Shown: positions 27,787 to 41,078 of the stretch, one piece after another
How positions within the stretch are numbered: position 1 is the stretch's first letter
How the letters are laid out: every line of letters begins with the position of its first letter
Source of the DNA: Felis catus
Taxonomy: Eukaryota
Length of the DNA: 64,000 bases
Reading direction: 5' to 3'
Assembly (NCBI RefSeq): GCF_018350175.1
Contig: NC_058368.1
Location: 159,404,001-159,468,000, forward strand
Program-made: the position numbers and the translations under genes
The notes under the pieces: model-generated
The model's input: the letters and a program-made list of their open reading frames with translations, nothing else
Database searches by the model: none
What the model was told of the DNA's origin: nothing

Positions 27787-28345
27787 TTCTGCTATTTTCT
27801 ATAGCAGAATTTCTAATTCTATATTTTTTGGAATTATTCCATAATAATATTATATTATTATAATATTCTATAATATTATCCTATAATATTCTATAATATT
27901 ATTTCTATATTATTCTATAATAATATATTCTATATATATATTCTATATATATATAGAATATATATTCATTATATATATTCTATATATATATAGAATATAT
28001 ATTCACTATATATATTCTATATATATAGAATATATATTCATTATATATATTCTATAATAATATTATATAATAATATTCTAGAATATATTCTATAATATTC
28101 TATAACATATAATATTAATTATTCGATAATATTCTATTCTATAACAGAATATTATTATATTCTATATATTCTATAATCTATAATAACATTCTATATTAAT
28201 CTATATTAATAGAAAATATTCTATAATCTATAATCTATATTCTATATAATATATTATTCTATAATATTCTATAATATATTCTATAATAATATTCTATAAT
28301 AATATTCTATAATATTCTATATTCTAGAAAATATTCTAGAATAAT
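27787..28345. repeat. AT-rich low-complexity array with palindromic ~37-bp tandem units
   Basis: Repeated tattctata motif; three units at 27933-28041, each containing atatattc(ta)ngaatatat. Confidence 0.9.
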
Positions 28346-28634
28346 AACAAGAATAGGCGGGAGAGAGAAAATAGGATCCTCAAAATGTATATGCACAACC
28401 ATGGCTCTGTGTGAGGGTGGGAGGAGGACACATACTATTAAATGAAAGAGTAGTTAAGGTCCAACTGCATCAACGTAGGAGAGGGAAACATATATGACAT
28501 TGTTGTATGACAAGAAAGCTACCAATTAGCTACACAAAGATTTCAAGTCTTGCAAAGCATATATACAAAGCCATCATGTCGCACTTAAAATATTGAATAA
28601 ACTAAACAATATATTTGAATTGACTGTTTTATTT

Positions 28635-28636
<2 letters not shown>

Positions 28637-28674
<38 letters not shown>
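28637..28674 (+). repeat. (AC)n microsatellite
   Basis: Visible repeat. Confidence 0.95.
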
Positions 28675-28675
<1 letters not shown>

Positions 28676-28812
28676 CACTGCTCTTTTCTGGATGAGCTTA
28701 TATGTACTAAGATGAAAGTTATATATAGCTTTTCCTCATTTCTCTCTGAAAAAAATATGGTATTAGGTGACTACAAAGCTCGGTTGCCATCCAATTAGAT
28801 GAAGTGAGTCTT

Positions 28813-29675
28813 TTTTAAAAATATAATTTATTGTCAAATTGGCTTACATACAACACCCAGTGCTCATCCCAGCAAGTGCCCTCCTCAATGCCCATCATCC
28901 ACTTTCCCCTCACCCCCACCACCATCAATCCTCACTTTATTCTTTGTATTTAAGAGTCTCTTATGGTTTGCCTCCCTACCTCTCTGTTTGAAACTATTTT
29001 TTCCTACTTCCCTTCCCCCATGGTCTTCTGTTAAGTTTCTCAAGATCCACATATGAGTGAAAATATATGATACCTGTCTTTCTCTGACTGATTTATTTCA
29101 CTTAGCATAATATTCTCCAGTTCCACCCACATTGCTGCAAATGGCATGATTTTATTCTTTCTCATTGCCAAGTAGTATTCCATTGTATATATAAACCACA
29201 TCTTCTTTATCCATTCATCAGTTGATGGACATTTAGGCTCTTTCCATAATTTGGCTATTGTTGAAAGTGCTGCTATAAATATTGGGGTACATGTGTCCCT
29301 ATGCATCAGGACTCCTGTATCCCTTGGGTAAATTCCTAGTAGTACTATTGCTGGATCGTAGGGTAGTTCTATTTTTAATTTTTTGAGGAACCTCCACACT
29401 GTTTTCCAGAGTGGCTGTACCAGTTTACATTCCCAGCAACAGTGCAAGAGGGTTCCCATTTCTCTACATCCTCACCAGCATCTATAGTTTCCTGATTTGT
29501 TCATTTTAGCCATTCTGACCACTGTGAGGAGCTATCTCAGTGTGTCATTGATTTGTATTTCCCTGATGATGAGTGATGTTGAGCATCTTTTCATGTGTCT
29601 TTTGGCCATCTGGATGTCTTCTTTGGAAAAGTGTCTATTCTTGTCTCTTGCCCATTTCTTCACTGAATTATTTTG
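28813..29675 (-). mobile_element. 5'-truncated L1 (ORF2 C-terminus + 3'UTR)
   Basis: Minus ORF 29040-29459 is the ORF2 Cys-rich C-terminus ([14 protein letters not shown]...SLICGS*); TSD aagtgagtctt (28802-28812)/aagtaagtctt (29686-29696). Confidence 0.95.
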
Positions 29676-30485
29676 CTTACTTTTAAAGTAAGTCTTATCT
29701 CTTTACTTTTTAAGATTCTGATGAAAGTTATGAACTTCTCTAGAAAAATATGTTTCGTGTAAGTATAATTTTAGGTGGCTCACAGACAACCCAGAGGCCT
29801 GGGTAAAATCCTCAGACAGAAGGGAAAAGAATACAGATTCTCAAAAGTACTCATCCTTGGGCAGACCACTTTCTGAAAATATGATGGGGGCAGCATACTT
29901 ACTCTCCTTTTCGCACTAGAAAAACCAGTGTAAAATGTCTGTTTCCCTTTGAGCCATACAGAAATATCTGATTTATCAATAGGAGAGTTCACTTTATCAC
30001 ATTTTAGGTTATATTATGAGATTATATTTCCACTTCAAATCCTTAAAGCTTTTGGTTTAGTAATACCAAGAGAAAAAGGAATATAAAAAGGTATGTACAT
30101 CAAGTTAACACCTTTATCCCTAATTTCATCAGGCTCTTAATTTCCATTCCAAAGAAAAAACAGAAGATTCTATATGTATAAATAATTGTTTCCTTTATGA
30201 TAAGACTCATGCCTTCCATTTAACCAGTAAGAAATATAAAAAGAGTCACTTTTAATGATCCTCATATATTCATCTATTTAGCAGGTGGTGAATTCCCAAT
30301 TTAAGGTAGATTCACACTGTAACTTTTAAGTAAATAAGGACTGGTGATATTTATCTTTAACAAACATCCTAGGTGATGGGTTGATTAGTCACAAACCATA
30401 TATTTCTTCAATGAATTAGAATGAATTATAATTAGAATTCTAATTGAATTAGAATGAAACCCTTGGTTCATCTATATTGGTTAAA

Positions 30486-30685
30486 TACAGTATCTCCCTT
30501 TACCTCAGGGGCTTACTGAAAAATGCAAATTGCAAATAGCTTCAGAGATCCCCTGAATAAGACTCTAAGGTATGAGGTCTGGAATCAGCATTTTTAGGAC
30601 ACTCCCAATGTTATTCTAATTCACACGAAAGTTTGAGACCTCCTTCACTGGAGATTCCTTCCAGCCCTATGATTTTATGATTCTG
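30486..30685. mobile_element. MER5-type relic followed by a MIR3-like tail
   Basis: aaatgcaaattgc...ctggaatcagcattttta...gttattctaat...aaagtttgagacc; ttccttccagccctatgattttatgattct. Confidence 0.55.
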
Positions 30686-32739
30686 GTTTGTGACTAATCA
30701 GCCTAAATTTTAGTCGGTAGACCACACAACTCCCTGCCAAACTTCCTCCACCAAATATAGCAAGAGTTGACAGATGCCCAAGCAGCAGTGGTCTTTGTGT
30801 GTGCCCATCCTAAAAGCAGCTGGGTCTTGTGGCCTTAGCCCCAGCTGTCTGGAACTAGGCAGCAGGTGTTGAGATGGCCAGCTGTTCTCACAAGGCAAGC
30901 CTGGCAGCTTGGCTTGCCCAGGTCTTGAATTTTCCCTTGGGTGGCCTTCCTTTTGTGGGTGGTCTGGCTCAATTCTAATTCTAGTGAGTGTGCATTCCAA
31001 GGCTGAAATACCCGGGCCAGAGCCTACAGAGAGCACATGTGTGTTTTATGTTTATAAATATGTATTCACATATTGAATTGGATGATCACTTAACGTCCCT
31101 TTCAGCCTTAAATTCTATGTGTGTTTGTGTGTGTGTATTTATGTATAATTATCATGCAAAATGTTCTCATACGTGATTTTTAATTGCAGATGAAGATGGG
31201 CATGGTCCAATGGTCTCTACTCTTTCTCAGCCCTCTTCAATTTTCAAAATTAAGTCTGTTTTAAGAATAACACTAAAAAAGTAAAGCTTAAATGCCACCA
31301 AAATACTACCAGAGTAAAATAACTGTAACTAAGCAATCTCAGAGAAAAGGAAATTTTGAGACAATACACTGTCCATGTGCAAAAGACATAAAAATTCATG
31401 AAAATGTAAAGGGATAAAGAAAATGCATCTTTTTTTCAAGAGTGTAAGGTAATATTATGGCTTTAAATTACTATTCTCACATTTATTCCTTTTAAACATA
31501 TGTTACAAAATGATATATATTACAACAATATAATAGTATATTAAATTTGTAAAATTACCATAAAATTGAGTTTAAACTTAAAAGTTATATTTTGAGTACA
31601 TTGTATTTATATATTCTTTACATTTGAATTATTTTCATAGCTCTTATCTTCTTGTTATAGTAATAAACATGAGAAACTCCATAATTTGATACTGTCAGAT
31701 ACTTTTGTTGAGTAGATTTACCACCATTTCAATTGATGACTGTCTGATGACTTTATATAATGAATCAGAGATTAAGGTTTCTGAGTAAAGTATACAGTTT
31801 TTAATACTCTGAGTCAATACAGTTTTAATCTGCTTCACCTACATGTTGAAGACATGATTGAATAGGTTGAAAAACTTTATCTTGTAAAGTACTTGGTTAT
31901 TTTTCCTTTTAAACTTCTTATGCTAGATGGCATTTAAAAATATTATCACAAATCTTTCAAGAAACAATAACTTTGTTAAACAATAATTTCTAGGAGTACA
32001 TGTAATATTGAAATACTTAATTATTCTTTTGGAGGAAAATATGAAATCTCTACACTAGCCTATGTGAACAAAAGTATTTGGAACAATAGTCTCCATGTTG
32101 CAGTAGAGTGATCAAAGCTTTATCTGGAAGAGGAAAAACTGTACTTTACATTATTTACTGTCAAAAGGAAATGAGGTTTAACATATACATTTATATATGT
32201 ATATAAATTATACAATTATTCAAACTGCTAATGAATGTCATTATTTTAACCAAATACCTTCCTTCAAATGTCTATAAACAAGTTAGCATAGCTGAAAGAG
32301 GCATACACAGATGGCCTGTAAACAGAAGTTATAAAATGAAGAGGAAATTTGATGGTTGGTTATTTAATTTGATCAGTAAGATATGCAAAGTGATAGGAAT
32401 AAATTGATGTGTAATCCTGAACTGCCCATGGGGTCTACACTGATCCACTTAAGCGGCAAGCCCATGAACTTCATTCCATTTTGTGGGAATTAGGACAGAA
32501 CTCTTGCTAGGCAAAATGTGGCAAAAGCAGCAGTGATTTGCAGGGCCTCCTCTTGATGTCCTAGTTCTTACCTTTTATTCTGTTTAGGGCAAGCTTCCTA
32601 AGTCCCTAAAGGTTCTTTGTTCTTTTATGCTCTCCCTTTCTACTCCATAAATGTTTTCTTGTTCTGAAGAAATTACCTAAAATGTAGCCACCAAAATGTG
32701 AACATAAATTAATATATTTTTATTTTGATAAAAAATATA

Positions 32740-33605
32740 TGACATATGAGGTCTCTCCTAACAATTTTTTGTGTATAGTACAGATTATTGAACTATAAGC
32801 ACAACTTGTACAGCAGATCTCTAGAATTTTCCATCTTGCATGACTGAAAATCTAAACCCAGGGAACAGTAATTCTCCCTTTTTCCTCTTCCAAACCTTTG
32901 GCAACCACTCTTCTACTTTCTGTTTTTAGAAGTTTGACTAATTTAGGTACCTCGTATAAGTGAAATCATGCAATGTTTATCCTTATGTTCCTGGCTTGTT
33001 ACACTTAGCATAATGTCCTCAAGTTCCATTCACATGGTACAATATGACAGAATTTCCTTCCTTTTTATGGCTGAATAATATTCCATTGTAAGTATATACA
33101 TACACTGTATATACCACATTTTCTTTATCCATTCTTCTGTTGAAAGATGATTTCTTTATCCATTTACCTGCTGAAGTAGCCACCCCCTACTTTGCTTTAT
33201 TTTCAGTGGTCCCCAGGTATCCAAACTATTATGGTTCTGTGAGCACATTAAGTAAGTCCAGACAGAAACTATGTCCTTGGACAGTCCTCTGAATAGCTAG
33301 AATTTTGGAAGTAGATCCATTCTTTGCTTTCATCCTAAGGATATGTTGTGGGCTGGGTATTCTTTTTGGTACCAAACTGTAGGCTTAGAAAAGGAACTGA
33401 TGTAGGTTAAATGAAATTGCTTTTGTTATCCATTTCAATGTGGCGGCTATTCCTAGCTCTCTGCTCACCTACAGTACCGTGACTTCTTAACCAGATACTC
33501 TAATCCTTATAAAGATATTTTGGTCCATATGACATTGTTAAACCAGCACTTATATTGGAGGAAAATACTGGGACTTCCTATTCTGCCATCTGGCTGATGT
33601 CACTG
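32740..33605 (-). mobile_element. Old L1 3' end (L1MA-type, to ~33170) abutting an old L1 5'UTR-like fragment
   Basis: cagcagatctctagaa...ctggcttgttacacttagcataatgtcctc; gggacttcctattctgccatct (reversed aagatggc-type 5' motif). Confidence 0.75.
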
Positions 33606-33919
33606 CTCCCAAATGAATGAATATTTAGAACGTTATCATTATTAAATGTGTTTAAATAACCTTTGATAATCTTAATCATGAAATTCTGAATAAAAGCATT
33701 GATTACAAAATTTCATTCAATAATTGAGGGAATGGGACTCTGGGAAAACTTGCTGGGGAGAAGGCCCCTTATAGATGTCTCTACATGTACAATTAATGGT
33801 CCATCTCTGCATAAAGTCAGTCTTAGCACACCCATAGCTTTGATGATGTATTTTATAAAATCCTGCCACTCTAAGAATAATTAAGGACTTAGACTTCTTT
33901 TGTGAGAGCTTATGCAACA

Positions 33920-34175
33920 AAGAGTCTAAGAGCAAAGGCCCTGGAGCCTGCAAGCAAGGTTCATGCCCTAGTTTTGCTACTTTCTAATCATGTATGTTCA
34001 GGCATTCAAGGAAGGCATTAACTACACTGTGCCTCACTTCTCTCATTTCGCATGACATTGATAACATCCTAGAAGTTGAACCTCATTTGGCTTAAATGAG
34101 TATTAAAAGTTTCAATATTTTTAAAGCATTCAGAATATTGCCTGGTACATGGTGTTATATAGGTATAAGCTATTA
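33920..34175 (+). mobile_element. MIR
   Basis: ctggagcc...ggttcatgccctagttttgctac...ctgtgcctcacttc...gcctggtacat. Confidence 0.65.
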
Positions 34176-34496
34176 CTTTTATAAAAATAGTTGCTAAAAA
34201 AACATACTGCAACACAAAAATTAAATGTATATTTGTTAAAGATGACATAAGTAAGCTTAGAACAGAGAAAATATTTGTAACATAGGTAACAGATGTCATA
34301 ATAAATTATACATAATATATAGCATACTAATACATAACAATTATATAAGAAATAACAATAATAGCTTTACAAATTAAAACAAAAATGAAATTCAGTTTTA
34401 CGATGATATTGGCATAAACAAAAAAGATTAATGATATCCAACATTAGCAAAAAATCCGTTCTCAAATAATGAGTATAAATGGAATCACCAGGAATA

Positions 34497-34529
34497 TTTT
34501 TTAATTTTTTTAAGTTAATTATTTATTTT

Positions 34530-34590
<61 letters not shown>

Positions 34591-34773
34591 AACATGCATG
34601 AAAGCATGAGCAGAAAAGGGGCAGAGAGAGAGGGAGAAAGAGAAAACCCCAAGCAGGCGCTGTGTTCTCAGAGCAGAGAACTATGGGAGCCTCCATCTCA
34701 CAACTGTGAGATCATGACTTGAGCCAAAACCAAGAGTCAGATACTTAACTGACTGAGCCACCCAGGGTACCCC
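34497..34773 (-). mobile_element. CanSINE with expanded (GA)n tract
   Basis: Reverse head cttaactgactgagccacccagggtacccc; short TSD ccaggaa. Confidence 0.9.
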
Positions 34774-35226
34774 AAAATTCCCAGGAAAGTTTAGAAAAAA
34801 ATCATTAAAACACAAAAGTATTCATCAAAACATAAAATATCCTTACCTATTAAACAAGAAATCCCATCCTAAAATTCCTGTAGAAATCCTTAAAGGACCA
34901 TTTAAGTTTGTAAAACATATGCCTATGCATATTGAAACATGCTTTTAATAGGTAACATCTAAAAATAAACAGACATTTGGTTATCAGTTGAAGTTAATAA
35001 ATTATACTCCAGTTACCCTATGGAGTATTAAGCAGCTATTTTTTATATCACCCATTACAACCCTTAAATGCATAAGAGAAAATTCACCACTGTGTATCAG
35101 ACTATTAACTCTGGTTACCCTGGTTACCTCTAGGGAAAGGAAATATTTGGAAGACTTTGACACATTTTGTATTTTATACTCTAATTTTATACCGGATATA
35201 TTTTAATTTTAAAAAGGCATATTCTA

Positions 35227-35436
35227 GGGGCGTCTGGGTGGCTTAGTCGGTTGAGCGTCTGACTTTGGCTCAGGTCATGATCTCGTGGTCTGTGAGTTCG
35301 AGCCCTGCATTGGGCTCTGTGCTGACAGCTCAGAGCCTGGAGCCTGCTTTGGATTCTATGTCTCCCTCTCTCTCTGCCCCTCCCCCGCTCATGCTCTCTC
35401 TATCAAAAATAAATAAACATTAAAAAATAAATAAAT
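35227..35436 (+). mobile_element. CanSINE (felid)
   Basis: Perfect TSD aaaaaggcatattc at 35211-35224 and 35437-35450. Confidence 0.96.
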
Positions 35437-37077
35437 AAAAAGGCATATTCCAAAGCAAAAATGAATTATTTTCTATTGCTAATCAATCAATAGCGAGGTA
35501 TAAAAGGCTATATGTAGTAACATTCCAAAGAGAAAATAAGATTAGTAAAAAACACAACAAATGGTGGTATTTATCCACCCTAGATAGTGGGATAACAGGT
35601 GACTTTTATTTCCTCTTACATTATACTTTTGTAAAGTTTCCTAATTAACTTGTAATATATTTATATTATAGTCAGGGGAAAAGATAAGCTTATGTTCTTT
35701 AAAAAACTTTAATGTCCTCAAACCCCATTATTGAAGAATTTATTGGAATAGAGAACATATGACCAATTAAGTCTAGAGTGAAAATCAAACTTCCTCTCAC
35801 CATTTTGTCCACTTGTAGGACCTGAATTTCTGTTATACATATCCTTGTCCTCCTTGATTTAATGAACCAAAGCACAGATTATAAGCAGCAACATAGCAAC
35901 CTATATGAATTATTCAGCCTGAATACTCCTAACAACATATTGAAATAAATCTATCAATCATTAGGTGGGAGCTATGATTTAGAAAATGTGTTACAGTAAA
36001 GTCTCTATAAACATAATATAAGAAACCTGCTGAAAATCATTCATTAAAATTTATATTAAATAATTTGGTGTATAATGTTTCAGCCAATGTATATGTCTTC
36101 TTAAATGACTATAGAACTATTGTTCACTTAAAAATATTAGCCTCTAAAATTATGTAGCTTTTTTTACCTTTCAATTTTCTTTTAGATTTTCTTTTTCTAT
36201 TGCACTTGGCCAAAAACCTCTGAAATTATGTCAGAATTGTAGCTTTTGGAGGTAAAATCTCAAATGACCAAATGGATCAAATCAAATTTAATATGATGTG
36301 ATTTTAAAGAGGCCAAGATACTATATTTTGAAAATTGATGTTTATTCTGGAAATATTAACTAAATATTTTGAAAAAATTACCAAGGAAGCAACCTTTTTT
36401 TCCTTGTACAGCTCTGTTACATTTGGCAGTCATTTCTAAAATCATTTTCTATAACCATATTCAATTTAATGACTATCCAAGAATTGTACCATAGTGACAT
36501 GGGTGGGAATAGGGCTGCTTATTAAAATTCACAATTCACAAATGGGCTACTCTCAATTATCCACATAGCATGAAATTTGAAATTCAGAAAGAGAAGCCTC
36601 ATTTTAAACAATAGTTTGGAGCCTCTAAATTTTTTCCTAAGCTTAAAACAAGCAGTCCAATTTCTGATTAAAGTTTTATCTCATTTTCCCGGAGCCCACA
36701 CATGAAGGGGAAAAAAAGAGGAAGAAAGAGAGAAGGAAACTATATAACTCATAGTTTAAAAAAGGAAAATTGTCAGCACTATAGTCCTCAAGGACTCCCA
36801 GTAAAGTCAGCAATGAAGAAAAAATCTCTATTAAAAATAAATTAAACAAAATGAGACTGTATGTTCTTGACATCAAGGGCGTTAATTATTGTGAGAGTCC
36901 AAACTCCTTAGCAAAAAAAGAAAAATTAATCTGTTCTCCCTGGAAGACAGGGAATCTCATAGCTTAGAGTCTGAGGCAGTAATGATGTGGCTGTCTCGAA
37001 TACAAGATATATTGGAAGAGGTGAACCCTTTTTCCCCCTCCCCAAAAGATTGACCAGCTTTCCCAAAAAATCTATGG

Positions 37078-37202
37078 CTTGTTGTGATGAGCACCGGGTG
37101 TTGTATGTAAGTGATGAATCACTAAATCCTACACCTGAAAACGATATTACACTGTATGTTAACTAACTGGAATTTAAATACAAAATTGAAAGAAAAAAAA
37201 AA
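37078..37202 (+). mobile_element. L1 extreme 3' stub (L1_Carn-type)
   Basis: gatgagcaccgggtgttgtatgtaagtgatgaatcactaaat...ggaatttaaat plus A tail. Confidence 0.85.
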
Positions 37203-37310
37203 TTAAGCCAAATCACAAAATGGGTGTGATACAGAGAAAGAGAGAAATTCAAAGTCCTAAGGCATAAATTATTTCCTAAAGCGCTAGTTATTTTAAAATA
37301 CATTTATTTA

Positions 37311-37521
37311 GGGGTGCCTGGGTGGCTGAGTCGGTTAGGTGTCTGACTTCAGCTCAGGTCATGATCTCATGGTTTGTGAGTTCCAGCCCCGCGATGGGCT
37401 CTGTGCTGACTGCTCAGAGCCTGGAACCTGCTTCCGATTCTGTTTCCATCTCTCTCTGTCCCTTCCCCACTCATGCTCTGTCTCTCTCTCAAATATCAAT
37501 AAAACATTTTAAAAAATAAAA
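37311..37521 (+). mobile_element. CanSINE (felid); donor of the flank copied at 62.9 kb
   Basis: Full body; decayed TSD aaaatacatttattt/aaaatagttattt. Confidence 0.95.
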
Positions 37522-37551
37522 AAAAATAGTTATTTTTACTATTATGCCCTA

Positions 37552-37675
37552 CAGCAGTTTTTCTCAAATTTATGCATAAGTATCATTTGATTACTTTAGT
37601 AAAATACAGAGTCTCATTCTGATCCCAGGTGATGCTAATGTTACTGGCCCAAGCACCACACTTTGAAAAGCAATG
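37552..37675. mobile_element. MER5A-like relic
   Basis: cagtttttctcaaa...cccaggtgatgctaatgttactggccc...cacactttgaaaagcaatg. Confidence 0.7.
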
Positions 37676-37714
37676 CCTACCATATACTTGATAATTACAA
37701 AGAAATGGACTGTC

Positions 37715-38626
37715 TTGTGAAAAAGAAATAAAAATAATCCTATTTATAATAGTATCAGAAACAATAAAATGCTTAGGGATAAATTTAACCAATGAGGTGA
37801 AAGATCTCTATACTGAAAACTACAACTTTTATTAAAGAAGATGAGACATATTCTGTGTTAAGGAATCAGGAGAAATGATATTTTTTAAATGTTCATATTA
37901 CTTAAAGTCACATATATATATTTTTTTTCAGTCCAATCCCCAACAGAATACCAATGGCATTTTTATAGCAATAGAAAAAAATTCCAAAAATGTGTATGGA
38001 ACCACAAAAAAACAGCCAATAGCCAAAGTAATCCTGAGAAGGAAGAATAAACCTAGAGGCAACACACTTCCTGATTTCAAACTACATTACAAAGCTATCA
38101 TAATCAACATATTATGTTACTGGCATAAAAATAGACACATAGCCCAATGGAACAGAATCAGAAGTGCAGAGATAAACCCTCACATTTACAGTAAACTAAC
38201 ATTTGACAAGGGAGCCCAGAGTATTCAGCGGGGAAAAGATAGTCTCCATAAATGCTGTTGGGGAAATTTGATGATCACATGCATAAGGTAATTGGACCCC
38301 TCTCTAACACCACTCATGAAAATTAACTCAAGTAGATTAAAGACTTAAACATAAGACCTGAAACAATAAAAACTCTAGAAGAAAACATAGGAAAAAAAAA
38401 CTTCTTGACATTGATCTTGGCAATGCTTTTCTTAGATATGTCAAAATTACAAGCAGAAATAAATAAGTGGGACTGCATCAGACAACAAAAAAGGCTGTAT
38501 ATAGCAATAGAAACAATCAAAAGTGAAATTCAGCCTATGAGATGGGAGAAAATATTTGCAAACCACATATTTGCTAGGGGTTAATATCTAAAATATATAA
38601 GGAGTTCATGTAGCTCAATAGTAATA

Positions 38627-38686
<60 letters not shown>

Positions 38687-39436
38687 TACATACATATATA
38701 CATATAGTATACATATACATACATGCATATATATACATATGTGTATGTGTGTGTGTGTGTATTGCTTGAAGGACCTGATTAGACATTTTTCCAAAGAAGA
38801 TGTACAAATTGCCAACAGGCACATGAAAAGATGTTCAACATTACTAACCATTAGGAAATGTGCATGTGAAAAACCACAATGAGATATCACCTCACACCTG
38901 TTAGGATAGATATTATAAAAAAGAGATAGTTGGCAAGGATGTGGGAAAAAAGGGAGCCCTGTGTATCTTGGTTGAAAATGTTAATCAGTATAGCCACTAT
39001 GGGAAACAGTATGGTGGTTCCTAAAAAAGTTAACATTAGAACTACCATGTGATCCAGCAACCCCAATTCTGGGTATAGATCCAGAGGAAATGAAATCAGT
39101 ATCTTGAAGGGATATCTGCATTCTTGTGTTCATTGCAGCATTATTCAGTTATTCACAATAGCCAAGATATGGAAACAACCTAAGTGTCTGGCTTATTTTT
39201 AAGTGTTTATTTATTGTTGAGAGAGAGAGAGCGTGAATTGCAGAGGGGCAGAGAAAGAAAGAGAGACCCAGAATGTGAAGCAGCCTTCATATTCTGAGCT
39301 GTCAGCACAGAGCCCAACGTGGGGCTCAAACTTGGACCAGTGAGATCATGACCTAAACAGAAGTCAGATGCTTAACCGATAAGCCACCCAGGCACCCTTC
39401 TAAGTGTCTGTTAATTATTAAATGGATAAAGAAGTT

Positions 39437-39440
<4 letters not shown>
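37715..39440 (+). mobile_element. Old L1 ORF2 3' half, interrupted by a (TA)n/(CA)n/(TG)n tract and a SINE
   Basis: ORF 37875-38291 contains TLPDFKLHYKA...YWHKNRHIAQWNRI; later ORF2 motifs follow. Confidence 0.92.
39191..39399 (-). mobile_element. CanSINE nested in the L1
   Basis: TSD ctaagtgtctg at 39180-39190 and 39400-39410. Confidence 0.93.

Positions 39441-39508
<68 letters not shown>
39440..39508 (+). repeat. (TA)n(TG)n microsatellite
   Basis: Visible repeat. Confidence 0.95.
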
Positions 39509-39509
<1 letters not shown>

Positions 39510-40039
39510 AAGTCTTCAGGATAGCATGAAAGGGCCAACACGCTTGAAGTGAGACAACTTAACTAAAATTCTGACTTTGCTCAACCAACTCTTCACCAGA
39601 TAGAATCTCGCTCCTCTTAGAAATGAGAATAATAAAATAATCCAAAATCTCGAAAGGCAATTTGTAGACTACCCAACTTGAGGGGACCTAATGTGATAAA
39701 AAAAAATGTATTACCCAGTTTAAACCCAAAATTTATATTTTGTTCAAAACATTTTTTCAAGGCATAGTAATAAAGATTCAATGAACTATCTTGCAAAACT
39801 TAAGAAACATTCCCAGCTTACCCATTTGCTAATCTTCAGTAGAAAAAAGAACTTTAAAAATTCAGTGAAATATAATTTCAAGAAAAAAAACTCACTGATT
39901 AAATATTGTTTGGTCAAATATGAAAACATATCATCATAAATCATTCATGATTTTCAAAGTATTAGATATTATTTTATTTCTCATAAACTCAAATTTCTAT
40001 CCTGGTTTTTATGAACTAATATTTAAAACAGAATAGACT

Positions 40040-40191
40040 TTTAAAAACTGAGAACAAACTAAGGGTTGATGGGGGTGGGAGGGAGGGGAGGGTGGGTGAT
40101 GGGTATTGAGGAGGGCACCTTTTGGGATGAGCACTGGGTGTTGTATGGAAACCAACTTGACAATAAATTTCATATATTGAAAAAAATAAAA
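40040..40191 (+). mobile_element. Young felid L1 3' stub
   Basis: G-rich 3'UTR plus caataaatttcatatattg-polyA; TSD taaaacagaatagact/taaaaccgaatagact. Confidence 0.95.
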
Positions 40192-40978
40192 TAAAACCGA
40201 ATAGACTGGAGAATTTTTAGAATGTGAAATAATAAAATATTATACTATTTTCTTTCTTCTAAAAATTATGTCACACTGTATTAAAAGTTTTTAAGAGTTT
40301 ATTTTTTTGTGATTGATTTGAAAATGGAGTTATCTTCTTATTCGGGAAGAATAATACAATATTCTGGCATGTATGGCAGAAACAGACATTTCTATTTGAA
40401 AGAATTTGATTATTCAGTATAATTACTTTTAAACATGTTACAACTTTCCACATTAGTCAAACAGCAACAAAAATAAAAAAAAAGAAATTAAACAAAAATC
40501 ATTAATGAAAGAAATTTGAACAAAGAATTCTAATCAGATATAACTCCTATTTTAATTTTTTAAACTAGGTATTGTTGAAATCCTACTATATAGATCTTAT
40601 ACAAAATAAAGCAACAAGTAAACTTCATTTTTTCTTCTATATATTTATACTGTATACCCCTTATGATTCCCAAAACTGTTTTAGTGTTGCTACATTCAAA
40701 GACACACATACACGCATGAACATACATACAAAGTAAATTCAGAAAAAAAAATAGAGATAATAACTATATCAAAAACTAGACTAATGGCATAGCCTAGACT
40801 GAAGAATAAATATGAACTTTCTTGAAGTAATGCATAGGTGAGGATTTAAGTAAGGTATGAACATTGAATAGTCTTCAATATCACTTTTATTTAATACACA
40901 GAAATGTAAGTTAACCAAGCCTGAAGTAAGAGATTTAACGTGAAAATTTGTTAAGGATTAAGAACATAGAGATAACTA

Positions 40979-41078
40979 GGGACACCTAAGTGGCTGAGTC
41001 AGTTAAGTGTCTGACTCTTGTTCTCAGTTCAGGTCCCCATCTCATGTTTCATGAGTTCAAGCCTCACCTGCTTGGGAA
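40979..41078 (+). mobile_element. Truncated CanSINE
   Basis: Head gggacacctaagtggctgagtcagttaagtgtctgactc; no tail. Confidence 0.75.

Noticed and set aside
30710..31036. GC-richer segment with a 108-aa minus-strand ORF
   Set aside because: No recognisable homology, CpG-poor, and no splice evidence
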